Below, piece by piece: positions 1-10,729 of a stretch of DNA of 64,000 nt. Positions within the stretch are counted from its first letter, which is position 1. Each line of letters opens with the position of its first letter. The position numbers and the translations under genes were made by a program. The stretch is from a candidate division FCPU426 bacterium (GTDB taxonomy: Bacteria > Oederibacteriota > Muellerivitia > Muellerivitales > Muellerivitaceae): positions 224,001 to 288,000 of the forward strand of contig CAVTWJ010000023.1 of NCBI GenBank assembly GCA_963738405.1, given 5' to 3'. The notes below the pieces were generated by a model that did no database searches, was not told the DNA's origin, and saw only the letters and a list, made by a program, of their open reading frames with translations.

Positions 1-84
1 ATTAGGTCCGATCCCATAAATATAGGTCAAACCCACTTCGACTCTTTTTTCTTTTGGCAAATCCACTCCAGCTATACGTGCCAT
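1..84 (-). CDS. rpsM: 30S ribosomal protein S13 (5' part; runs off window)
   Basis: Manual translation [35 protein letters not shown]; position after rpmJ. Confidence 0.97.
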   Translation of the reverse strand, partial: MARIAGVDLPKEKRVEVGLTYIYGIGPN

Positions 85-96
85 AATTCTCCTCGA

Positions 97-210
97 TTAA
101 CCTTGGCGTTGCTTGTGCTTGGGATTAATGCAAATCACCCTTACGACGCCCTTACGGCGGATCACCTTGCATTTATCACAGATCGGTTTTACCGACGATC
201 GAACCTTCAT
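97..210 (-). CDS. rpmJ: 50S ribosomal protein L36 (Zn-binding type)
   Basis: Manual translation [37 protein letters not shown]; below ORF-track cutoff. Confidence 0.98.
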   Translation of the reverse strand: MKVRSSVKPICDKCKVIRRKGVVRVICINPKHKQRQG

Positions 211-247
211 TCGCAACCTTCTTTCAGTCTCTGTGGTTTTCAGTATC

Positions 248-466
248 TCACTTGAACCGGTAAGTAATCCTGCCCCGATTCAAATCATATGGAGACAATT
301 CCACCGTGACTCTGTCACCGGGTAGAATACGTATAAAGTTCATCCGCATCTTTCCCGATACATGAGCCAGAACTACATGCTTATTTTCCAGTTCCACGCG
401 GAAACTAGCGTTAGGAAGGGCCTCAATGACCGTTCCTTCAACCGAAATCGCTTCTTCCTTGGCCAT
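248..466 (-). CDS. infA: Translation initiation factor IF-1
   Basis: [35 protein letters not shown]. Confidence 0.98.
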   Translation of the reverse strand: MAKEEAISVEGTVIEALPNASFRVELENKHVVLAHVSGKMRMNFIRILPGDRVTVELSPYDLNRGRITYRFK

Positions 467-484
467 AAGCCTCCACCCCGAGGA

Positions 485-1234
485 TTATCCAACTCGGGTC
501 AGGTTTTGAGGCCCCTCGGCCAAGACTGCGATGGTGTCCTCAAAATGGGCGGAGAATTTACCATCTTTCGTTACAACTGTCCAGCCATCCTCTAGAACCT
601 TCACCTCATCTACCCCTAGGTTCACCATGGGTTCCAACGCTAAACACATACCCGCTATGATTCTGGCACCCTGGTTCGGACGCCCATAGTTGGGAACTTG
701 CGGTTCTTCATGCATTGCCTGGCCAATACCATGGCCAACATAATCCTTCACCACGGAATAACCTTCATTTTCAACAAAAGTTTGAATCGCATGACCAATA
801 TCGGAAATTCGATTCCCAACCTTTATCTGGTCGATTCCTAAATCTAAAGCCCTGCGCGTCACTTCGAGCAGCTTGGTTATTTCAGGGCTAACCCTGCCGA
901 CTGCAAAAGTTCTTGCCGAATCCCCGCAATATCCCTTGTAAAAAGCCCCTAAATCGACCCCAACAATATCCCCTTCTTCCAACACCCTTTTATTGGGGAT
1001 GCCATGAACCACTTGTTCATTGATGGAGGCGCAAATGGTGGCCGGATATCCGTGGTAACCTAGAAAAGCCGGAACACAATCGTTCTTTTTTAAATAATCT
1101 GCGGCAAAACGATCTAATTCTCGAGTCGAAATGCCCGGCCTTATTTTTTGGCCGATTTCCAAGAGCGCTTCCCCAACCACCTTCCCGCTCACCCGCATCA
1201 GTTTTAATTCCGATTCGGTCTTAATCGTTATCAC
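485..1234 (-). CDS. map: Methionine aminopeptidase type I
   Basis: VVHGIP, GD(S)ART, GHGIG, EPM, SAHFE motifs; GTG start overlapping adk stop. Confidence 0.96.
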   Translation of the reverse strand: MITIKTESELKLMRVSGKVVGEALLEIGQKIRPGISTRELDRFAADYLKKNDCVPAFLGYHGYPATICASINEQVVHGIPNKRVLEEGDIVGVDLGAFYKGYCGDSARTFAVGRVSPEITKLLEVTRRALDLGIDQIKVGNRISDIGHAIQTFVENEGYSVVKDYVGHGIGQAMHEEPQVPNYGRPNQGARIIAGMCLALEPMVNLGVDEVKVLEDGWTVVTKDGKFSAHFEDTIAVLAEGPQNLTRVG

Positions 1235-1890
1235 AACCCTTGAGCCACCTTTTCCAGCACATCAATGATCCTGGGAAAGGAAAGAGAAAAAACATCCTCA
1301 CAGGAAACCCGTTTCAAAAGTCTCTGTTGATCATAAAAAGCGATTAAAGGTTCTGTATCCTTTTGATAGACAGCGAGTCGATTTTCAATGGTTTCCGGTT
1401 TATCGTCTGTCCGTTGAATCAATTCTTTTCCACACTTGTCGCAAACACCATCGCGGAGAGGTTTCATGGTTTCAATGTTATAGGTTGCGCCGCAATTCGG
1501 ACAAACCCGTCTTCCCGTGAGTCGGCGAATTAAGACCTGATGCCCAACCTCAATCTTTAAAACGCAATTTAACTTGATCTTCATCTCCTTCAACATTTCT
1601 TCCAAACTCTCCGCTTGGGGAACCGTTCTTGGAAAGCCATCCAGAATAAAACCCTTCTGAGCATCTTCCAGTTTTATTCTTTCTCGTATTAAACCAATCA
1701 CCACTGAATCGGGTACAAGTTCGCCCCGTTTCATAAATTCCTGGGCTTTCAACCCTAACTCGGTACCGGCCTTGACCGCGAAACGGAGCATATCACCCGT
1801 TGATATCTGCGGTATTAAATACTTTTTCACTAATTCCGCGGAATAAGTTCCTTTGCCCGCGCCCGGTTCACCTAAAAGAATAATTCTCAT
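1231..1890 (-). CDS. adk: Adenylate kinase (Zn-lid)
   Basis: GEPGAGKGT, STGDMLR, LDGFPRT, CPNC..CDKC. Confidence 0.97.
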   Translation of the reverse strand: MRIILLGEPGAGKGTYSAELVKKYLIPQISTGDMLRFAVKAGTELGLKAQEFMKRGELVPDSVVIGLIRERIKLEDAQKGFILDGFPRTVPQAESLEEMLKEMKIKLNCVLKIEVGHQVLIRRLTGRRVCPNCGATYNIETMKPLRDGVCDKCGKELIQRTDDKPETIENRLAVYQKDTEPLIAFYDQQRLLKRVSCEDVFSLSFPRIIDVLEKVAQGL

Positions 1891-3230
1891 CAGAATGCGC
1901 TCCGTCCCTTCAATCGACCTTTTTTCATAAAACCATCGTAGTGGCGCATTAAGAGATGTGATTCAATTTGTTTCATCGTATCCAAAGCAACGCCAACAAT
2001 GATGAGAAGTGATGTTCCGCCAAAATAAATGGGAATATTCAGATTACGCGTGATCAATTCTGGGATAACCGCAACCACACAAACCGCCAAGGCCCCCCAA
2101 ATCGTAATCCGGGTTAATGTCCGATCAATAAATTCAGCCGTTTGCTGGCCAGGCCTGATTCCAGGAATGAACCCGCCATATTTTTTCATGTTTTCGGAAA
2201 GATCCGTCGGGTTAAAAGCAATGGCGGTGTAAAAATAACAAAAGAAAACAATCAAAAGAGAATAAAGACCGTAATAAATCACCGCACCTGGGGCAAAATT
2301 ACGCGTAATAAAATCCATTGCTTCATATGCCCAGCTTTGATCTAAACCTCTTTCAGAAAGAACGCCTTGAACATAACGTGCTATTTGCGCCGGAAAAACC
2401 AGTATGGAGGAAGCAAAAATGACGGCGATCACACCCGAATAATCCACTTTAAGAGGTAGTTGAGTTGATTGTCCTTTAAAAACCTGCCGACCTACTACTC
2501 GGGTGGCATATTGAACAGGTATTTTACGGGCACCCTGCTGAAGAATAACAATGAATGCGATGCTTGCGATTAGAAACGCGATGAAGAAGATAACTGAAAA
2601 TAAACTAACCGAACCAATTCGCACCAATCGGTAAGTAGCATTTAACTCACTCGGAAGTCCTGCCACTATCCCGGCAAATATGATTAAAGAAATCCCATTA
2701 CCAACCCCATATTCGGTAATCTGTTCCCCTAGCCACATAATAAAGATGGTCCCTGTTGTAAGCGCTAGTACCGTCATCATTTGAAATCCGATTCCCCAAT
2801 GATAAACGGCGTTATCACCAAAGGATTTTAAGAGGTAGGTGGTACCAGTTCCCTGAACAATGCAAAGACCAACAGTACCATAACGGGTATATTGGGTGAT
2901 TTTTCTACGGCCCATCTCCCCTTCTTTAGAAAGTTTTTCCAAAGTAGGAATAACAGCCGTCAATAATTGAAGAATAATAGACATGCTGATGTAAGGCATT
3001 ACGCCCAAAGCAAAAACGGAGGATTGTTTGAGGGCTCCACCCGAGAAGAGGTTAAGAAAACCTAAAATACCTCCCCCTTGACCTGAGAAATACTGGTTCA
3101 AGAAGGAAATGTTGATTCCTGGAATCGGAATATGAATGCCGACTCGATAAACAAGAAGAATCAAAAAGGTAAAAATAACCCTATTCTTAAGTTCAGGCAC
3201 CCGAAAGATATTGGCAAAAGCCGAAAACAC
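1890..3230 (-). CDS. secY: Preprotein translocase SecY
   Basis: ALGVMPYI, GEQITEYGVGNGISLII, FIPGIRPG, GGTSLLIIVGV. Confidence 0.98.
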   Translation of the reverse strand: MFSAFANIFRVPELKNRVIFTFLILLVYRVGIHIPIPGINISFLNQYFSGQGGGILGFLNLFSGGALKQSSVFALGVMPYISMSIILQLLTAVIPTLEKLSKEGEMGRRKITQYTRYGTVGLCIVQGTGTTYLLKSFGDNAVYHWGIGFQMMTVLALTTGTIFIMWLGEQITEYGVGNGISLIIFAGIVAGLPSELNATYRLVRIGSVSLFSVIFFIAFLIASIAFIVILQQGARKIPVQYATRVVGRQVFKGQSTQLPLKVDYSGVIAVIFASSILVFPAQIARYVQGVLSERGLDQSWAYEAMDFITRNFAPGAVIYYGLYSLLIVFFCYFYTAIAFNPTDLSENMKKYGGFIPGIRPGQQTAEFIDRTLTRITIWGALAVCVVAVIPELITRNLNIPIYFGGTSLLIIVGVALDTMKQIESHLLMRHYDGFMKKGRLKGRSAF

Positions 3231-3668
3231 TTACAAAACCTCCGGAGTTCCGCCAGCAGCTTTTATCTTTTGTGCCGCTGAAGCGCTGAAAGCATGGGCC
3301 TTGACGGTTAAAGAAACCTTTAATTCGCCCTCTCCCAAGACTTTCACCTGTTTTCCCGTTTTGATCAGACCTTTTTCCTTAAGTTCCTGTGGCGTTACCA
3401 AACTCGTGGCAGGAAAAATAGAAAGGGAACCTATATTTACGACTTCAAAGTAAACTTTATCTAAACTTTTAAAACCCCGAATCGGGAGTCTTCGATAAAT
3501 TGGAGTTTGTCCGCCTTCAAAGCCAGGGCGAACGCCCCCGCCAGTTCTAGAATTTTGACCTTTATTTCCACGAGTCGCCGTTTTTCCATGTCCGGAACCC
3601 GGGCCTTTTCCCACTATCTTTCTGCGTTTAACGGAGCCCTTTTTGGGCTTTAATTCTGTGATTTTCAT
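3231..3668 (-). CDS. rplO: 50S ribosomal protein L15
   Basis: GSGHGKT, GFEGGQTP. Confidence 0.97.
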   Translation of the reverse strand: MKITELKPKKGSVKRRKIVGKGPGSGHGKTATRGNKGQNSRTGGGVRPGFEGGQTPIYRRLPIRGFKSLDKVYFEVVNIGSLSIFPATSLVTPQELKEKGLIKTGKQVKVLGEGELKVSLTVKAHAFSASAAQKIKAAGGTPEVL

Positions 3669-3679
3669 AACAACGCCTT

Positions 3680-3856
3680 TTATTTTTGTATTTGTATGAG
3701 GTAATCGATTTTGGCCAGCATCCCGCGGATTACAGGCGTATCTGGTTTTTGAACGATTTGACGGATTTTTCGTAAACCTAGAGCTTCTGCAATCCGGACA
3801 TGTTGGGGTTGCCGGCCATTGAGGCTTTTAACCAGTTTAATTTTTAATTCGGTCAT
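3680..3856 (-). CDS. rpmD: 50S ribosomal protein L30
   Basis: Manual translation [40 protein letters not shown] (58 aa); canonical slot between rpsE and rplO. Confidence 0.95.
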   Translation of the reverse strand: MTELKIKLVKSLNGRQPQHVRIAEALGLRKIRQIVQKPDTPVIRGMLAKIDYLIQIQK

Positions 3857-4365
3857 GATTTCACCGATCCGATAAGACTTTCAACGGTTTTGCCACGAAG
3901 GGCTGCAACCGTTTCGGGCGAACGAACCTCGCTCAAACCCTTTAAAGCCGCTTGAACAACATTAAAAACATTATCTGACCGAATTGATTTGGTTAAAACA
4001 TCGTGGATTCCAGCCAATTCGCAAACAGCCCTCACGCCCCCGCCGGCAATGATGCCAGTTCCTGGAGCAGCGGGCTTTAGAAGTACTCGAGAAGCCTTAA
4101 ACACCCCAACAACCTCGTGATATATGGTTCCTCCCTTAAGAGGGACCTGAATCAAATTTTTCTTAGAATCGTCCACAGCTTTACGAATGGCGTCTGGAAC
4201 TTCACTTGCTTTTCCTGTTCCGATTCCAACAAAACCATGGCCATCACCAACGACCACTAGAACAGAAAAACTAAATCGACGCCCGCCCTTTACGACTTTG
4301 GCGACGCGGTTGATATGGACCACTTTTTCTTTCAAATCAAGTTTGGATGAGTCTATTCGAGCCAT
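3853..4365 (-). CDS. rpsE: 30S ribosomal protein S5
   Basis: [28 protein letters not shown]. Confidence 0.98.
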   Translation of the reverse strand: MARIDSSKLDLKEKVVHINRVAKVVKGGRRFSFSVLVVVGDGHGFVGIGTGKASEVPDAIRKAVDDSKKNLIQVPLKGGTIYHEVVGVFKASRVLLKPAAPGTGIIAGGGVRAVCELAGIHDVLTKSIRSDNVFNVVQAALKGLSEVRSPETVAALRGKTVESLIGSVKS

Positions 4366-4377
4366 GGTATTCCTTCT

Positions 4378-4743
4378 TTAAAATTTCAAGCCGTTGGCAC
4401 GGGCCGCTTCAGCTAGAGCTTTAATTCGCCCGTGGAAAATGTAACCACCCCTATCAAAAACGACCAGAGCAATGGATTTGGCCTTGGCCAATTTTGCGAT
4501 TTGCTCTCCAACTATTTTTGCGGCTTGTATATTGCCGCCATTTTTCAATTGACCCCGTAACTGCTGGTCAAAACTTGCAGCCGCCACTAGGGTCACCCCC
4601 TTGGAATCATCAATGATTTGGGCTGTAATATTTTTTGCGCCTCGATGAACAACCAAACGAGGCCTTTCGGATGTTCCAGAAAGCTTTTTCCGTATCCGTT
4701 CGTGACGGTGTTTACGTTTATGATGTTGCAATTGCGACTGCAT
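4378..4743 (-). CDS. rplR: 50S ribosomal protein L18
   Basis: [27 protein letters not shown]. Confidence 0.97.
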   Translation of the reverse strand: MQSQLQHHKRKHRHERIRKKLSGTSERPRLVVHRGAKNITAQIIDDSKGVTLVAAASFDQQLRGQLKNGGNIQAAKIVGEQIAKLAKAKSIALVVFDRGGYIFHGRIKALAEAARANGLKF

Positions 4744-4758
4744 TCAGTTGCTCCTCTA

Positions 4759-5328
4759 TTATTTAGCGCCGGCTTTGCCGGTTGCGCCGGTTTTACCGAC
4801 CTTTTTGCGTACCCTCTCACCTAGATAACGAATTCCTGTTCCCTTATAAACCTCAGGGGGTTTTACCCTGCGAATTTTCGATGCGGTTTCGCCCACCAAA
4901 TACTTGTCAATTCCCTTCACTGTCAGAAGAGTTTGTTTTTCTATATCGACAACGATTCCCTTAGGCAATTCCATCACGACCGGGTGGCTAAACCCGAGGG
5001 TCATAGTTAATTTCCCTTTTTCCAATGACGCACGATAACCCACACCCTGGATTTCTAGTTTCTTTTCAAAACCTGCCGAAACTCCCACGACCATGTTTTT
5101 AACCAGCGCATGGATTAATCCGTGACGAGCTCCGGCTTCTTTCGTTTCACCTTGCAGTCCCTCAACCAAGGATACCTTTAATTGCTTGTCCTCGGTCTCC
5201 ACCTTTAATCCGGGAAGAATTTCCTGGGACAGGGAACCCTTGGGGCCATCCACTGTCACCCGATTTCCTTCAACCTTCACCTTTACCCCCGGGGGCAGAT
5301 CCATCGGTTTTTGGGCAATACGAGCCAT
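4759..5328 (-). CDS. rplF: 50S ribosomal protein L6
   Basis: GPKG, GVGYRA, LGFSHP, PPEVYKGTGIRY. Confidence 0.97.
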   Translation of the reverse strand: MARIAQKPMDLPPGVKVKVEGNRVTVDGPKGSLSQEILPGLKVETEDKQLKVSLVEGLQGETKEAGARHGLIHALVKNMVVGVSAGFEKKLEIQGVGYRASLEKGKLTMTLGFSHPVVMELPKGIVVDIEKQTLLTVKGIDKYLVGETASKIRRVKPPEVYKGTGIRYLGERVRKKVGKTGATGKAGAK

Positions 5329-5352
5329 GACTTCTCCTAATTGATTAGCTTA

Positions 5353-5754
5353 TTAATGTACGAGGCAAAGGACTTCCCCGCCAACACCTTGTTGGCGAGC
5401 CTGTCGGTCAGTTAAAAGCCCCTTGGAAGTAGAAACAATCGCTATCCCCAAACCACCTATCACCTTTGGGACTGAAGATTTACCAGCGTAGTGGCGGCGT
5501 CCTGAACGGCTAACCCTGTCAATCCTCGAAATAACTCGTTCCCTTTTATCCCCGTATTTCATTGAAATACGAATGACGGAAGACTTTCCTTTTTCATCTA
5601 CCACTTTATAGTTCTTGATAAATCCCTCTTCCGAAAGAATTCGAGCGATTTCCAATTTTAATTTAGAAAGAGGTACATCAACCTTTTCTTTATACATATG
5701 GTTCGCGTTGCGAATGCGCGTCAACATATCCGCAATAGGGTCCGACATTGCCAT
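5353..5754 (-). CDS. rpsH: 30S ribosomal protein S8
   Basis: [29 protein letters not shown]. Confidence 0.98.
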   Translation of the reverse strand: MAMSDPIADMLTRIRNANHMYKEKVDVPLSKLKLEIARILSEEGFIKNYKVVDEKGKSSVIRISMKYGDKRERVISRIDRVSRSGRRHYAGKSSVPKVIGGLGIAIVSTSKGLLTDRQARQQGVGGEVLCLVH

Positions 5755-5768
5755 GATAATTTCTCCTC

Positions 5769-5954
5769 TTACCAGCTTGCTTTAACCACGCCGGGAATTT
5801 TCCCTTCACCGGCAAGGTTGCGAAAACAAATACGACACATTCCAAACTTTCGAAGATAGGCCCTGGGGCGACCACAAAGGTTACAACGGTTATAGGCCCT
5901 CACCTTGAATTTGGGTTTCAACTTTTGTTTGTTTATCAAACACTTTTTTGCCAT
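5769..5954 (-). CDS. rpsN: 30S ribosomal protein S14, type Z (Zn-binding)
   Basis: 61 aa, RCNLCGR..CRICFR..GVVKASW. Confidence 0.97.
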   Translation of the reverse strand: MAKKCLINKQKLKPKFKVRAYNRCNLCGRPRAYLRKFGMCRICFRNLAGEGKIPGVVKASW

Positions 5955-5962
5955 TGAATCTC

Positions 5963-6523
5963 CTAGTTTCTGAACGGCATTCCCATAAGTTTCAACAATT
6001 CTTTAGCCCTCTCGTCATCCTTCGCCGAGGTTGCAAAAGTGATATCCATCCCATGAATAGACTGAACGCTATCAAAATTAATTTCGGGAAAGATAATTTG
6101 TTCTTTCAAACCCAAGGTGTAATTTCCCCGTCCATCAAAGGATCGAGTGGGCACACCGCGAAAATCCCGGATGCGAGGAAGGGCTATCATAAAGAGCCGT
6201 TCCATGAACTGATACATTCGATCTCCGCGAAGAGTCACCTTCGCTCCGAGGGGTTGATTGGCCCTGAGTTTAAAATTCGAAATGGCTTTCTTTGACCGCG
6301 TGATAGAAGGTTTTTGGCCGCTAATCAACGTCAGCTCATCCACTGCCATATCTAGCAATTTAATGTTATTTTCCGAAGCCGCCTTCCCAACACAAACGTT
6401 AATCACGATCTTCTCTACCTTCGGAACCTGCATGATGTTCCCAATGCCAAACTTATTCATCAAAGCCGGAACGACTTCCTTGAAATACTTCTCTTTTAGG
6501 ATTGTACTTGTCATCGTGGCCAT
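5963..6523 (-). CDS. rplE: 50S ribosomal protein L5
   Basis: [21 protein letters not shown]. Confidence 0.98.
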   Translation of the reverse strand: MATMTSTILKEKYFKEVVPALMNKFGIGNIMQVPKVEKIVINVCVGKAASENNIKLLDMAVDELTLISGQKPSITRSKKAISNFKLRANQPLGAKVTLRGDRMYQFMERLFMIALPRIRDFRGVPTRSFDGRGNYTLGLKEQIIFPEINFDSVQSIHGMDITFATSAKDDERAKELLKLMGMPFRN

Positions 6524-6525
6524 CT

Positions 6526-6846
6526 TTACTTTTCCTTATCCAATATTTCACCGCATTTTTTACAAGCACGCACCTTTTGTCTACTTGCTAAGGCTTTATG
6601 AGCAACCCGTGTGGCTTTAGCGCATTTACCACAGACAACTTGAAGATTCGAAACATGAATCGGCGCTTCTTTTTCAAGAATCCCTCCCTGCGGAAGCTGT
6701 TGGTTGGGTCTTGTATGACGCTTCACTAAATTAATTTTTTCAACCAAAGCGGTTTCTGTTTTCGGGAAAAGCCGAATCACTCTCCCCTTTTTTCCACGGT
6801 CTTTTCCCGTAAGAACCATCACTGTGTCTTCCCGATGAACATGCAT
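6526..6846 (-). CDS. rplX: 50S ribosomal protein L24
   Basis: [11 protein letters not shown] motif, [16 protein letters not shown]. Confidence 0.96.
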   Translation of the reverse strand: MHVHREDTVMVLTGKDRGKKGRVIRLFPKTETALVEKINLVKRHTRPNQQLPQGGILEKEAPIHVSNLQVVCGKCAKATRVAHKALASRQKVRACKKCGEILDKEK

Positions 6847-6849
6847 GTC

Positions 6850-7218
6850 TTAAAGAACCTCCGGTGCCAGGGAAATAATTTTCATGAAATTCTTTTCGCG
6901 TAATTCGCGGGTCACAGGGCCAAAAATTCGAGTACCGCGAGGTGCCATCTGGTCATTAATGATGACAGCGGCATTCTCATCAAATCGGATATTGGAACCA
7001 TCGGGACGGGAAAGAATCCTCTTTTGCCTTACGACGACCGCCTTCACCACTTCGCTTTTTTTTACACCCGCACCCGGAATGGCCTCCTTGACAGTCGCCA
7101 CGATAATATCCCCTATCGCAGCATAGCGTCGCCTAGTGCCCCCTAGAACGTGAATGCACATAATTTTAGTTGCGCCACTGTTATCGGCCACATTCAACAT
7201 GGTTTGAGGCATGATCAT
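6850..7218 (-). CDS. rplN: 50S ribosomal protein L14
   Basis: [29 protein letters not shown]. Confidence 0.98.
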   Translation of the reverse strand: MIMPQTMLNVADNSGATKIMCIHVLGGTRRRYAAIGDIIVATVKEAIPGAGVKKSEVVKAVVVRQKRILSRPDGSNIRFDENAAVIINDQMAPRGTRIFGPVTRELREKNFMKIISLAPEVL

Positions 7219-7502
7219 ACTTTGGCCTCCTCAATCTCGACAGCCTTTTTAACTATCTTGAGAAGCCTCCAGTGTTTGTCAGCGCTGATGGGCCTTGTTT
7301 CCACTATTAAAACCACATCCCCTTTTTTGGTTTCGTTTTTAGGATCATGGATTTTAAATTTGCTCCGCTTGCGGATGAGTTTACGGTAGAGGGGATGTTT
7401 CACCACTCTTTCAATTGAAACCACAGCCGTCTTATCCATTTTTCGGCTTAATACGACCGCCGTTTTAACCCTATTTTCTTTTCGCTTCACATCCGTCTCC
7501 AT
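7215..7502 (-). CDS. rpsQ: 30S ribosomal protein S17
   Basis: KMDKT, HPLY, ETRPIS. Confidence 0.96.
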   Translation of the reverse strand: METDVKRKENRVKTAVVLSRKMDKTAVVSIERVVKHPLYRKLIRKRSKFKIHDPKNETKKGDVVLIVETRPISADKHWRLLKIVKKAVEIEEAKV

Positions 7503-7519
7503 GATTGTCCCTTCCTTTG

Positions 7520-7723
7520 TTAAGCCCTCGGGCCCTTCTCATTTTCCCGAAGAATCGTCTTTAACCGGGCCACCTGGCGTCGGGCTTCCCGAATCTTCAT
7601 TGGGTTCTCCAATTGTTTCGTTGACAGTTGAATTTTGAGATTAAAAAGCTCTTCTTCTTTACTTATGATCTGTTGTCTAAGCTGTTCGACGCTTAAATCC
7701 CGTATTTCTTTGGATTTCATCAT
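7520..7723 (-). CDS. rpmC: 50S ribosomal protein L29
   Basis: ELFNL..QLENP..VARLKT. Confidence 0.95.
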   Translation of the reverse strand: MMKSKEIRDLSVEQLRQQIISKEEELFNLKIQLSTKQLENPMKIREARRQVARLKTILRENEKGPRA

Positions 7724-8139
7724 GCGCCTCCCTGAGAGCGGGAAATATACTTAGTTTTCACCGGAAGTTTATGAGAAGCCAAAACAAAGGCTTCCTTGGC
7801 GATAGGTTCAGGACATCCACTGACTTCAAAAAGAATACGTCCAGGTTTCACTACGGCAGCCCAATGATCAGGGGCTCCTTTTCCACCACCCATACGAACC
7901 TCAGCGGGTTTACGCGTAATCGGCTTGTCAGGAAAAATACGAACCCAAAGCTTACCCACCCTTTTCATATGACGGTTAATAGCAACCCGTGCCGCCTCAA
8001 TTTGCCGATCGGTTACATAACTCGCTTCAAGCGATTTCAAACCATATTCCCCAAAGGCAAAAGCTGCCCCATTTTTAGTTTTTCCCCGCATACGGCCCTT
8101 CATGGTCTTGCGGTATTTGACACGCTTTGGCATTAACAT
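7720..8139 (-). CDS. rplP: 50S ribosomal protein L16
   Basis: [28 protein letters not shown]. Confidence 0.98.
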   Translation of the reverse strand: MLMPKRVKYRKTMKGRMRGKTKNGAAFAFGEYGLKSLEASYVTDRQIEAARVAINRHMKRVGKLWVRIFPDKPITRKPAEVRMGGGKGAPDHWAAVVKPGRILFEVSGCPEPIAKEAFVLASHKLPVKTKYISRSQGGA

Positions 8140-8154
8140 TTCGAATTCCTCGTT

Positions 8155-8892
8155 TTAAACCCTAGTTTGGGGCTTGGGTGATTTATTTTCAGTTTGACGG
8201 CGTTCACGATGGGGAGGCCTGGGTTTTGGCGCCGGTGTTTCTTCAACCATTTTGTCCTTAGCACCAAATATTTCCTTTTTAAAAACCCAACATTTGATTC
8301 CGATAATTCCATAGGTTGTTGTTGCCACGGCAACACCAAAGTCAATATCTGCCCGCAATGTATGAAGAGGAACCCTGCCCTCTCGATACCATTCGGTTCG
8401 AGCTATTTCGGCTCCTGCCAATCTTCCAGAACACATAATTTTGATGCCCTTAGCCCCTCCATCGAGTGCGCTTTGAATACATTTCTTCATAGCCCGGCGA
8501 AAGGCCACCCGTTTCTCCAACTGTCCCGCAACGTTTTCAGCGATCAATGTAGCATTAGTTTCAGGATGCTTTTCCTCGTTAATATTGATACGAACTTCTT
8601 TTTTCGTAAACTTTTGAAGTTCTTCTTTTAACTTATCAACTTCCGATCCTTTTTTGCCAATAACAATTCCAGGGCGGGAAGCAAAGATATCAACTTCGAC
8701 CGTTTCACCTTTCCGTTTCAAAACAACCTTTGCAATTCCGGCGTGTTTCAATCGCAATTTCACAAATTTACGTATTTCAATGTCTTCCAATAAAGTTTGT
8801 GTGTAGGTTGCCTTTCTAGCATTGAACCATACTGAATCCCAATCGCGGATGATTCCAACCCTCAATCCGATAGGGTTAATTTTTTGTCCCAA
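8155..8892 (-). CDS. rpsC: 30S ribosomal protein S3
   Basis: GQKINPIGLR, RPGIVIG, GRVPLHTLRADID; start moved to TTG at 8892 (GGAGG upstream). Confidence 0.97.
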   Translation of the reverse strand: MGQKINPIGLRVGIIRDWDSVWFNARKATYTQTLLEDIEIRKFVKLRLKHAGIAKVVLKRKGETVEVDIFASRPGIVIGKKGSEVDKLKEELQKFTKKEVRININEEKHPETNATLIAENVAGQLEKRVAFRRAMKKCIQSALDGGAKGIKIMCSGRLAGAEIARTEWYREGRVPLHTLRADIDFGVAVATTTYGIIGIKCWVFKKEIFGAKDKMVEETPAPKPRPPHRERRQTENKSPKPQTRV

Positions 8893-8920
8893 AAGATCCT
8901 CCAAAAGCGTTTATTAAGAT

Positions 8921-9268
8921 TTATTTTCCTTCATCCGTAACCACTACCTTGATGTGGCTGGTTCGATGATGTAAAGCGCTGGCTCTTCCCATGGCCCGGG
9001 GAATAAACCGTTTTGTGTTTTTCATCATGGGCCCTCCATCTACTTGGATGGAATGAACACGAAGTTTTTCCAAATCCACCCTTGTATTTTGACCCGCGTT
9101 CGCTACCGCCGCTTTTAATATTTTAGAAAGTTCTCCGGCGGCCCTTTTTTTGGTGAACGCCAAGATATTCAAAGCTTCAACAACAGGTTTGCGACGGATC
9201 AACCCCACCACTTGGCGGGCTTTACGCGGGGTTACCCTTGTGTATCGAGAAACGGCTTGTGCTTGCAT
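8921..9268 (-). CDS. rplV: 50S ribosomal protein L22
   Basis: PRKAR, AVANA, PRAMGRA, RTSHI. Confidence 0.96.
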   Translation of the reverse strand: MQAQAVSRYTRVTPRKARQVVGLIRRKPVVEALNILAFTKKRAAGELSKILKAAVANAGQNTRVDLEKLRVHSIQVDGGPMMKNTKRFIPRAMGRASALHHRTSHIKVVVTDEGK

Positions 9269-9282
9269 GTTTTCTCCTTGAC

Positions 9283-9570
9283 TTACTTCAAAGCCACGGC
9301 TTTTTCACTTTTAACCTGTCCATGATTCTTAAAGGTGCGCGTAGGAGAAAATTCTCCTAATTTGTGCCCCACCATATTTTCAGTGATAAACACGGGTATA
9401 AATTTCTTTCCATTGTGGATGGCAAAGGTATGGCCAACCATTTCAGGATGGACAGAACAACGCCTTACATAGGTTTTAATAACCTTTTTTTCATTACCCC
9501 GGTTCATTTTCTGAACAAGCTTCATCAGCTTTGCATCCACATAGGGCCCTTTTTTTAACGATCGGCTCAT
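9283..9570 (-). CDS. rpsS: 30S ribosomal protein S19
   Basis: [20 protein letters not shown]. Confidence 0.98.
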   Translation of the reverse strand: MSRSLKKGPYVDAKLMKLVQKMNRGNEKKVIKTYVRRCSVHPEMVGHTFAIHNGKKFIPVFITENMVGHKLGEFSPTRTFKNHGQVKSEKAVALK

Positions 9571-9605
9571 AGTTCCTTTTCCCTCGCCCCTTCAGTTTCC
9601 TGCTT

Positions 9606-10430
9606 CTATTTACGCCGCTTCACAATGAATTTATCGGTTAATTTATTCTGCCGAGTTTTATAGCCCTTGGTGGGTTTTCCCCAAGGAGTCGTCGGATGAC
9701 GGCCCCCCGACGATTTACCCTCGCCACCTCCCATTGGATGTCCGTCTCCAGGACGAGTCACCACACCTCGAGATTGAGGTCTTTCGCCCATCCAACGCAT
9801 GCGACCAGCTTTACCGATGGTGATGTTGTTATGATCCAAATTGCCTACCTGACCTACAGAGGCCATACACTCCACCAAAATCAAGCGCATTTCGCCCGAC
9901 GGAAGCTTAATAGTTGCATATTCTCCCTCCCGAGCCATCAATTGAGCCACCGCTCCGGCAGAGCGAACCAATTGAGCGCCTTTTCCTGGACGGATTTCAA
10001 CGTTATGAATCATCGATCCCAAGGGAATATCTTTTAATTTCATTGCGTGACCAGGTTTCACATCTGCACCCGGCCCGGAAATAACTTGATCACCCACATG
10101 CAAACCATCCGGGGCGAGAATGTATCTCTTATCTCCGTCAAGATATTGAAGCAAAGCAATTCGAGAAGAACGATTTGGATCGTATTCGAGAGCCACTACT
10201 TTTGCCGCCATACCAGGTTTATCCCGCTTCATATCAATAATTCGAAATTGACGCTTGTGACCGGCCCCGCGATGGCGACTGGTGATTCGGCCGTACATAT
10301 TCCGTCCGCCGGTACCCTTCAAAGGCTCAACCAAGGATTTCTCGGGCGCCTTCTTTGTCAGGTTTTCACCAGAAAGAGCCGTCATTCCACGTCGGCCAGG
10401 GGAAGTTGGTTTATAGGCTTTGATGGCCAT
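9606..10430 (-). CDS. rplB: 50S ribosomal protein L2
   Basis: PTSPGRR, EYDPNR, RSAG, LPSGE, GKAGR, GGGEG. Confidence 0.98.
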   Translation of the reverse strand: MAIKAYKPTSPGRRGMTALSGENLTKKAPEKSLVEPLKGTGGRNMYGRITSRHRGAGHKRQFRIIDMKRDKPGMAAKVVALEYDPNRSSRIALLQYLDGDKRYILAPDGLHVGDQVISGPGADVKPGHAMKLKDIPLGSMIHNVEIRPGKGAQLVRSAGAVAQLMAREGEYATIKLPSGEMRLILVECMASVGQVGNLDHNNITIGKAGRMRWMGERPQSRGVVTRPGDGHPMGGGEGKSSGGRHPTTPWGKPTKGYKTRQNKLTDKFIVKRRK

Positions 10431-10432
10431 AA

Positions 10433-10729
10433 TTACGCTCCCTCGAAGAATTCAATTTTTTGTCCAGGCTTCAACGTAACAATAGCTTTTTTCCAACGAT
10501 AACCTTTTGACAAAAAACGTCCAAAACGGCGAACCTTCGCGGGAACATTGGCGGTATTAACCTTTAACACCTCTACCTTTTCTTTCTTAAAAATTTGCTC
10601 CACCGCGTTTTTTATTTCCTGTTTTGTTGCATCCGAATGCACCTCAAAAGAATATTTGCCCTTTTCTTTCATTAAAGTGCTTCGTTCGGTTACGAGAGGA
10701 CGAACAATGACCGTTTGAATTTTTTTCAT
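10433..10729 (-). CDS. rplW: 50S ribosomal protein L23
   Basis: [20 protein letters not shown]. Confidence 0.96.
   Translation of the reverse strand: MKKIQTVIVRPLVTERSTLMKEKGKYSFEVHSDATKQEIKNAVEQIFKKEKVEVLKVNTANVPAKVRRFGRFLSKGYRWKKAIVTLKPGQKIEFFEGA

Noticed and set aside
390..405. parS-like GTTCCACGCGGAAAC in infA
   Set aside because: Several mismatches to the TGTTNCACGTGAAACA consensus and explainable by coding constraint
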